A DNA stretch of 64,000 bases from contig DAIMDW010000001.1 of assembly GCA_036725605.1 (NCBI GenBank), positions 545,045-609,044 of the forward strand. The letters run 5' to 3'. The stretch's first letter is position 1. Each line of letters opens with the position of its first letter. The DNA comes from a bacterium. GTDB lineage: Bacteria; Lernaellota; Lernaellaia; Lernaellales; Lernaellaceae. The notes beneath the pieces are model-generated. The model was given only the letters and a program-made list of their open reading frames with translations, was not told where the DNA came from and ran no database searches. Shown here one piece after another: positions 57,568-64,000 of this stretch. Made by a program: the position numbers and the translations under genes.

Positions 57568-60342
57568 ATGTCGCAACCATCGCAGATGAACTGGCGCATG
57601 AAACTGCTCGCCAAATGGGGAGCTTTTTGTCACGATAACGCATGGTTACTGGTCATCGTCATCGTGGCGATTTCCTTGTTTTTCGCCTACTTCGCCATGA
57701 CCATCGAGCTTAACCTCGGTTATCTCGCCTTGCTCGACGACCGCGAACCGGTTGTGCAGCGCGTCAACGACGCCAATGAAAATTTCGGCGGACTCGATTA
57801 CCTGACCATCGCCCTGGTCACGCCCCGCGATCAGCCGCCCGACAAGGAACGGCTGATCCGCTACGCGTCAAAGCTCGCGCCGAAAATTCGCGACCACCCC
57901 GAGCTGGTCAGCCGCCTGGTCGAAAAAGTGGATCTGGATCAGATGATCCGCTGGGCGCCGCTGTTTTTGGACGACAAGGACCTCGATGATTTCATCGACG
58001 AATCCACCAAACGTAAAGACGATCTGGCGCGCGTATTCCGCGATCTGCATCTGCCGCGCTTCCTGACCGAATTCAACCGCATCATCGAAAACGAGATCAT
58101 CGAAGAGGACGAAATCGCCGACGAGAAAGAAGCGCTCGATCAACTGCGCTCCCTGGATAAATTCTTCACCACCGCCCAGTCCTTTCTGACCAGCGAGGAG
58201 GAATGGGACGCCGGTTCGGTCAAGCGGTCGATCCACCGTCTGATGCTGCCCGCCGGCGACGAGGACGATTTTCCCGAGGACGATTATTTTCTATTCGACG
58301 GCGGCCGCATGCTCATCCTGCGCCTGATGTCGGTCGATCCGGACATCGATTACGAGTATTGCCGGCAAGTACTGACCATGATCGAAAACGTCGCGGCCGA
58401 AGTCTCCCAGGAGGTGCCGGGCGTCCAAATGCTGCTGGCCGGCAACATTCCGGTCATGCACGACGAATACAACGCCCTGGTTTTCGACGTGCAACTGGCG
58501 ACGGTTCTTTCGATGATCGCCGTGCTGCTGATCTTCGTTTTCGTCTTTCGCAAATTCACCGACCTGCTGCTTATCGGTCTATGCCTGTTGTCCGGTCTGG
58601 CGATCACCTTCGGTCTGACCCAGTTCGTCATCGGCTACCTCAGCCTGCTGACCGCCTTCTTCGGCTCGATCATGATCGGTCTGGGCATCGACTTCGCCAT
58701 CCATTTCATCAGCCGCTATGGCGAAAACATCCGCCGGGGCGAAACCGTGCGCCAAAGCGTCATCAATTCGATGGCCGGCGCCGGCCCGGGCATCATCACC
58801 GGCGGCGCCACCACGGCGGCGGCGTTTCTGGTGCTGATGATCGCCCGCTTCAAGGGCCTGTCGGAACTGGGCTTCGTCTCCGGCGTCGGCATTTTGGTCA
58901 TGCTGGCCTTGATGTTCTCGTTGTTGCCCGCGATGGTTTGCCTGCGCGATCGGCGCAAGGTGGCCGCCGAACTGACCATCAAGAGCATCGGCGACTCGAT
59001 TCCCCTGGGGCGCCTCGCCGACTTCGCGGTCCACTCCCCGCGGCTCAGCGGCATTTTTATCGTCTTGATCAGCGCCGCCGCCCTGTACGGCACGCTGCAT
59101 ACGTCCTTCAATTATGACTATCGCAGCCTCGAACCGCGCAATTCGATCGCCATCAAGCACATCGAGGAGGTCGAGGCGCGCCTGGGCAAGGGCATCGACT
59201 ACGGTTTGTTCATCGCCGATTCGGTGGAAAAAAGCCGCCAATTGACCAACCAGGCGAAAAAGCTCTCCACCGTCGAGGACGCCGAATCGATCGCCGATTT
59301 CATCCCCGAAAATCAGGCCGACAAAAACGAACGCATTAAATCGTTGGCCCCGGTATTCAACGCCATTCAGGTGGAAAACCGGCCGGCCGGCGAGACGCCT
59401 TTTTCCGGCGACGAGCTGGCCGCCTACGCCGAAGCCGTGCGCGGCAGCGCCCGCGTAACGCGCGCCGTGCTGCAATTGGCCATCCTGGGCGGGCATTTCG
59501 AATTGATCGACCTGGCCCGGGCCGTCGCCGAACGCCTCGACGCTTTCGCCGCCTTGTTGACCGCCGAGCAGCCGCCCCAATTCGCCGCCCGCGCCGGACG
59601 CTACCAGCGCATCGTCGCCGACGAAATGAATCATTTGCTCGCCAGTCTGCAACTCGCGACCAAGGGCGAACAATTGACCGTCGATGCCCTGCCCGAAGCG
59701 ATCCGCGAAAACTACATCGGCAAAGACGGGCGGATGGTCGTGTACACCTACCCCAACGGCAACATCTGGAACGAACTGTTCATGCGCAAACACAACGCCG
59801 AGTTGTACTCCCTCGATCAATCGGCCATCTCCATTCCCATTTTGTTCGAGCGCGTGGTCGACAGCATCAAGGTGGATTTCCGCAGTTCGATCTGGTTTTC
59901 ACTGGCGGCCGTGTGCCTGTTGGTGCTGCTGGATTTCCGCCGGCCGTTGACGGCGTTGCTGGCGATGATTCCCCTGCTGGTCGGTTCGTTGTGGATGGTC
60001 GGGATCATGCCGCTGCTCGGCATGCAATTCAATTTGGTGAACGTGGCGATCGTGCCTTTGATTCTGGGCATCGGCATCGACAACGGGGTGCACATTCTGC
60101 ATCGCTACCGCATGGAAAAGTCGCGCCGCGTGCACTTCGCGGTCGAGCATACGGGCAAGGCGATTTTACTTTCCGCGCTCACGACCATGGCCGGCTTCGG
60201 CATGTTGGGCTTGGCCACTTATGTCGCCATCGGCACCCTGGGACAGTTGTTGCTGGTCGGTGTGGGGTTCTGCTTTTTCACGTCGGTTTTCGTTTTGCCG
60301 TTGATCCTGGCCATCTTCGAAAAAAACGATTGGAAAGTATAA
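57568..60342 (+). CDS. MMPL/RND-superfamily exporter (HpnN-like)
   Basis: Two 6-TM bundles, each followed by a large periplasmic domain. GLGIDFAIH and GIGIDNGVH pseudo-repeat motifs. Confidence 0.65.
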   Translation: MSQPSQMNWRMKLLAKWGAFCHDNAWLLVIVIVAISLFFAYFAMTIELNLGYLALLDDREPVVQRVNDANENFGGLDYLTIALVTPRDQPPDKERLIRYASKLAPKIRDHPELVSRLVEKVDLDQMIRWAPLFLDDKDLDDFIDESTKRKDDLARVFRDLHLPRFLTEFNRIIENEIIEEDEIADEKEALDQLRSLDKFFTTAQSFLTSEEEWDAGSVKRSIHRLMLPAGDEDDFPEDDYFLFDGGRMLILRLMSVDPDIDYEYCRQVLTMIENVAAEVSQEVPGVQMLLAGNIPVMHDEYNALVFDVQLATVLSMIAVLLIFVFVFRKFTDLLLIGLCLLSGLAITFGLTQFVIGYLSLLTAFFGSIMIGLGIDFAIHFISRYGENIRRGETVRQSVINSMAGAGPGIITGGATTAAAFLVLMIARFKGLSELGFVSGVGILVMLALMFSLLPAMVCLRDRRKVAAELTIKSIGDSIPLGRLADFAVHSPRLSGIFIVLISAAALYGTLHTSFNYDYRSLEPRNSIAIKHIEEVEARLGKGIDYGLFIADSVEKSRQLTNQAKKLSTVEDAESIADFIPENQADKNERIKSLAPVFNAIQVENRPAGETPFSGDELAAYAEAVRGSARVTRAVLQLAILGGHFELIDLARAVAERLDAFAALLTAEQPPQFAARAGRYQRIVADEMNHLLASLQLATKGEQLTVDALPEAIRENYIGKDGRMVVYTYPNGNIWNELFMRKHNAELYSLDQSAISIPILFERVVDSIKVDFRSSIWFSLAAVCLLVLLDFRRPLTALLAMIPLLVGSLWMVGIMPLLGMQFNLVNVAIVPLILGIGIDNGVHILHRYRMEKSRRVHFAVEHTGKAILLSALTTMAGFGMLGLATYVAIGTLGQLLLVGVGFCFFTSVFVLPLILAIFEKNDWKV

Positions 60343-60415
60343 GACAACTGCCCGCTTAAACGCATCGAGCCCGCCAACCGGCGGGCCCGAACGACCAGAC
60401 TCCTTGTGTTCAGGT

Positions 60416-61277
60416 TTACTGTTTCACATAGTTGTCCTGATCATAGGGATCCTCGGGATCGTCGGTGAATTCGCCTTCATCGCCACCGTCGATGATCTCG
60501 AGCTGCTCTTCCAGCATCTTCTTCTTGCTGGTGATGAAGAACGTATCGGGGTAGTAACCGTCGCCCGGGACCACCAGTTCGTTCTTGGAGGCCACTTCGT
60601 CGTCGTTGAACACGGTCGGGGCGCCGACGATGTTGTCTTCCCACAGCTCTTTCTTTTCCATCTCGATGTCTTTCACGTTTTCCGTGAAGTCCGAGCCGCC
60701 CTTCGAAGCGATCTCATCGTCGTTGAACATGGTCGGGGCGCCGACAATGTTGTCTTCCCACAGTTCTTTCTTTTCCATCTCGGCGTCTTTGATGCCTTCA
60801 TCGAAATCGCCGCCGCTTTCTTTCGAGGCGATTTCATCGTCGTTGAACAGCATCGGCGAGCCAACGACGTTCTCTTCCCACACTTCTTTCTTGGTCATTT
60901 CAGAGTCTTTGACGCTTTCGCCGAATTCGTCGCCGCCCTTCGAGGCGATTTCATCGTCGTTGAACATGGCCGGAGCGCCAACAATATTGTCTTCCCACAG
61001 CTCTTTTTTGTCCATGTCAGCGTCTTTGACGCCTTCGCCGAATTCACCGGCGCCGTCTTTCGAAGCTACTTCATCATTGTTGAACATGGTCGGAGCGCCA
61101 ACGATGTTTTCTTCCCACAGGCCTTTCTTGACCATCTCGACGTCCTTGAGTTCCTGATCGGAACCATCGGTGTACGCCGACAGGGAATCTTCATCGGTGT
61201 CGGTGTCTTCATATTCGCCGCAGCCGGCGGCCAGGAACAATAGAAAAATTACGGTGATGGAAAGTGCCAGTTTCTTC
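60416..61277 (-). CDS. Lipoprotein built from six tandem 33-aa repeats (hypothetical)
   Basis: Signal peptide with LAAGC lipobox. Repeat consensus KD-x-EM-x-KKELWEDNIVGAPTMFNDDEIASKGG-x-EF-x-E-x-V occurs six times. Confidence 0.55.
60548..61145 (-). repeat. 99-nt tandem coding repeat, 6 copies
   Basis: Periodic recurrence of GGCGCCGACAATGTTGTCTTCCCACAGCTCTTT-like units, about 80-90% nucleotide identity between copies. Confidence 0.7.
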
Positions 61278-61618
61278 ATGGTTAGTTCCCTCCAGTTTGC
61301 CAAATCGGTTAGCATTTTGAGGGAACGGTCTTGGCGAGACCGTTCCTTCGGCAGCTGAGCCATCTCCTTGCGGAGACCTCATGCTTTGCGCCACCGCCTC
61401 ACGACGGTTTTGCCTTTGTCACGGAACGTGCTTTCTAGGTTTTTCAATGAACTCATTTAAACGTTTCGTCAGATGTCTTACAATTCATAAGGATTTTTTT
61501 TCACAATTTCATTTTTTCCGATTTTTTATTATGTCTTTTTTTCCAGGTAGACAAAAAATAATAAGAGATGTATACAGTCCATCCGAAGTGAAACGTCAAA
61601 AAAGGGCCGGTTTTCGCC

Positions 61619-63469
61619 ATGTTAGCCGAATTGATTGTACGACTTGATGACAGCGGAATCGAAATTGTCCATCATGAACAATCCCCATGGTTCGGAAAAG
61701 CACTTGCCGCCCGACGGGTCATGCAATCCGAAAATCCCGATGCGACAATTTACCTATCCGGCTACACGCCATTAGCGGCCTCCGGGCTTGGTTTCGCTGG
61801 AAAATTGAATATTTACGGCACAAGCCTCCTGGGCAACAACCTGCAGGGAAGCCGGTCCGGCGGATTGATCACGCGGAATCTGACCCGTATGGGCATTTTA
61901 GGGATTCAGATCGAAGGACAATCCTCTTCCCCCCTGGTTTTGCACCTGGCGGCGGATGGCTCACCTCGCCTCATTCCTTTAAAGGAATATGGGGACGATC
62001 TTCGCGGAACCTACCGCTTCGCCGAGGCAATTTATCAAAAGCACGGTAAAAACATAGGGTTGGCGATTACCGATCCCGCCTCGACCGGTTTTTTGTTCAA
62101 TGCCATCGCCTGCAACGCCCAACCCGGCGAGCCGCCGCATCGAGTAGCCGGGCGCGGCACAAACCGTTTAGGTCACAACGGCCTGGTCGGCGTGGTGGTC
62201 GAGCGCTCCCCCGAACCGCTGCACGGACTTTCCTTTAATAAGAAGGCTGTGGCGGAGATATTACGCAAGTTGCACCAGACCAAGTGGAACAAAGGCCTGA
62301 CCGGCAGCGCCGATGAGCAGAATCCTTCGTTGGGCGGCACCTATGGCGCGGCGGCCAAGGGGCGGTTCGATGCCGGTCACGGTCTGACCAACCTTTTCCG
62401 CAGCGCGCACATTCCCGATGAGTATTATCAAACCGTACTGCCCGAAACCATCGTCCGCGACCAATTGCGCCTGGCGCAGGAAAACGATCTGGCCATCAGC
62501 CGCCACTCCTGCCTGCCCGGCTGTCCGAACAAATGCAGCCAGACGATCATCATGGCCGACGACGGCGAATACAAAATTTTCAAAGCCGGCGAATGGGAAA
62601 CCTATCAGGGAGCCATCAACCTGGGCATCTTCGAGCAGGCCGTGCCCTTCACCACCTGGGTGACGCGACACTCCAACGATTTCGCCTACGATCATATCGA
62701 AGGACTGGTCACCCTCGCCGCGCTGGCGTTGGTCACCGAAAGCAAGGTCGACACCGGCGTGCGTTACGGCGACGCCGAATCCATGAAACGCTGCCTGCGC
62801 GAGGCGGTCGCCGGCGATACGGACCTGGGACAATTGTTCCGGCGCGGCGCGGCGGCGGTCGAGCAACATTACGGCCTCGAACGCCACTTCACCGTCGGCG
62901 GACATGCTCTGGCCTTCCACAACGGACGCAGCATGGTCCAAACCGGCGTCGGCCTGAGTTGGACCTACGGCCGTCACGGCGAATGCTGCGCGGGACCGGG
63001 CCGCCTCAACTTCCTCGGCCTGCCCTACAATCCCGCCGACCATACGCTCGAAGCGCGCACCCACGTACTCAACAGCGTGCACGGGATGGTCATGTACGGC
63101 GCGGTCGACGAACACGGCATGTGTTTTTTCATCGGTCCCAGCCTCGACACCCTCGTCGACAGCGAGATGATCCTCAACACGATGGGCCTGCCGGGCGACG
63201 CTCGCGAGATGATCCGCCACTCCGCCGAGTTGATTTTGCGGATCCATGATTTCAACGAACAACGCGGCGTGCGCATCCAATCGCTGCCGAAAACCTTCTA
63301 CGACCAGCCTACGCGCGGCAATCGACAAACGGATGACGAGGCGGTGGCCTTCAACGTGCCCTTCGCCGAGGTGCGCGATTACGGCCGCGAGGTGTTCGCC
63401 GACGTCGCCTCGGGCCGCGTGACCGTTCCCGACGAATTGCTGGCCAAATCGCGCGGACGTTATCAATAA
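61619..63469 (+). CDS. Aldehyde:ferredoxin oxidoreductase (AOR) family tungsten/molybdopterin enzyme
   Basis: AOR N-terminal domain (IVRLDDSGIEIV...GGLITRNL...GILGIQIEG). Conserved C-terminal E..H and Cys motifs (GHALAFHNG, CAGPGRLNFLGL, and so on). Confidence 0.75.
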   Translation: MLAELIVRLDDSGIEIVHHEQSPWFGKALAARRVMQSENPDATIYLSGYTPLAASGLGFAGKLNIYGTSLLGNNLQGSRSGGLITRNLTRMGILGIQIEGQSSSPLVLHLAADGSPRLIPLKEYGDDLRGTYRFAEAIYQKHGKNIGLAITDPASTGFLFNAIACNAQPGEPPHRVAGRGTNRLGHNGLVGVVVERSPEPLHGLSFNKKAVAEILRKLHQTKWNKGLTGSADEQNPSLGGTYGAAAKGRFDAGHGLTNLFRSAHIPDEYYQTVLPETIVRDQLRLAQENDLAISRHSCLPGCPNKCSQTIIMADDGEYKIFKAGEWETYQGAINLGIFEQAVPFTTWVTRHSNDFAYDHIEGLVTLAALALVTESKVDTGVRYGDAESMKRCLREAVAGDTDLGQLFRRGAAAVEQHYGLERHFTVGGHALAFHNGRSMVQTGVGLSWTYGRHGECCAGPGRLNFLGLPYNPADHTLEARTHVLNSVHGMVMYGAVDEHGMCFFIGPSLDTLVDSEMILNTMGLPGDAREMIRHSAELILRIHDFNEQRGVRIQSLPKTFYDQPTRGNRQTDDEAVAFNVPFAEVRDYGREVFADVASGRVTVPDELLAKSRGRYQ

Positions 63470-63539
63470 CGTCGTCTTGCCATTCCGCCATCGACTTCGT
63501 AGTATGCTTTCATTCGGATAATCCATAAGGAGGCATGCC

Positions 63540-64000
63540 ATGAAAAAGCGATGGTTTTTCTATTTCATCGTTGTCCTCACCGTTGTGTCGATAGCCGGCG
63601 GCCTCTACGCCGCCCTCTCGCCGGCCGATGAATACCGGGCCGCGCGGGCGAAACTCACCGACGCCGACTGCGCCACGCGCCTGGGAGCGGACCTCTCCTT
63701 GACTGAGAAGGAACAGGCGGTCGATGAATATTTGTCCACGCTGCGTTCGCGCATTACCTTGGCTCACATGTTGGAACACAACTTTCCGCCGGCGAAAATG
63801 TTCTACCAGGTGAAAACCCAAATCGAGGAAGATTGGGTTTTCCAACTCCTCAAAACCATGCCCAAAGGCGGCGCGTTGCATGTGCATTCCAGCGCTTCAG
63901 GCACGGCCGAATGGGTCGTCGATACCGCGATGGAAACGGAAAACACTTGTTTGTGCTGGCAAAATAGCTGTACCTACAACGAGGATGACTATCCGAAGGG
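63540..64000 (+). CDS. Secreted adenosine deaminase-like protein (ADGF/ADA2 family), 5' partial in window
   Basis: AAGGAGG RBS. Signal peptide. MPKGGALHVHSSASGT resembles the ADGF metal-binding MPKGALLHVH motif. The gene runs off the window end. Confidence 0.45.
   Translation, partial: MKKRWFFYFIVVLTVVSIAGGLYAALSPADEYRAARAKLTDADCATRLGADLSLTEKEQAVDEYLSTLRSRITLAHMLEHNFPPAKMFYQVKTQIEEDWVFQLLKTMPKGGALHVHSSASGTAEWVVDTAMETENTCLCWQNSCTYNEDDYPK

Noticed and set aside
58579-59820. 413-aa minus ORF
   Set aside because: Antisense to the MMPL exporter.
60404-61243. 279-aa plus ORF with repeats
   Set aside because: Antisense reading of the 99-nt repeat lipoprotein gene. The minus-strand frame has the signal peptide and lipobox.
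62261-63541. 426-aa minus ORF
   Set aside because: Antisense to the AOR gene.

Overview
This is a 64 kb window of a high-GC (about 60-65%) bacterial chromosome, probably Gram-negative: it encodes an OmpA-family protein, many lipobox lipoproteins and a Tat signal. An aldehyde:ferredoxin oxidoreductase, an HgdB-like dehydratase and a flavodoxin/ferredoxin fusion hint at an anaerobic lifestyle. About 50 protein genes are supportable. Many long antisense ORFs in the track are high-GC artefacts and were discarded. I found no rRNA or CRISPR array. No tRNA was evident on manual inspection of the intergenic regions, but I could not run a proper tRNA scan.

The main themes:
(1) A lower-GC segment at the left edge carries a TIR domain fused to parallel beta-helix repeats, a candidate defence/NADase effector.
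(2) There are three sets of tandem paralogous membrane proteins: two GT-C-like putative glycosyltransferases and two acyltransferase-like proteins.
(3) The window is dense in signalling genes: CHASE4-like diguanylate cyclase, CHASE4-like histidine kinase, a hybrid kinase, an HD-GYP response regulator, a giant multi-PAS kinase and an MMPL exporter.
(4) Acidic low-complexity tracts (poly-Asp, DDDTx pentapeptide repeats, or a D/T-rich linker) recur in at least seven secreted proteins or lipoproteins. They are encoded by perfect 15-nt tandem DNA repeats, and two of them end in Gly/Cys C-terminal tails.
(5) A roughly 100-nt nested-hairpin element sits between two exact 25-nt direct repeats that duplicate the 3' end, including the stop codon, of the upstream gene; this looks like a MITE or sRNA insertion.
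(6) A minus-strand operon links a secreted agmatine-deiminase-like enzyme, a threonine-dehydratase-family PLP enzyme and two Gfo/Idh/MocA proteins, one of them degenerate.

All functional calls rest on motifs read from the translations; no database search was run.
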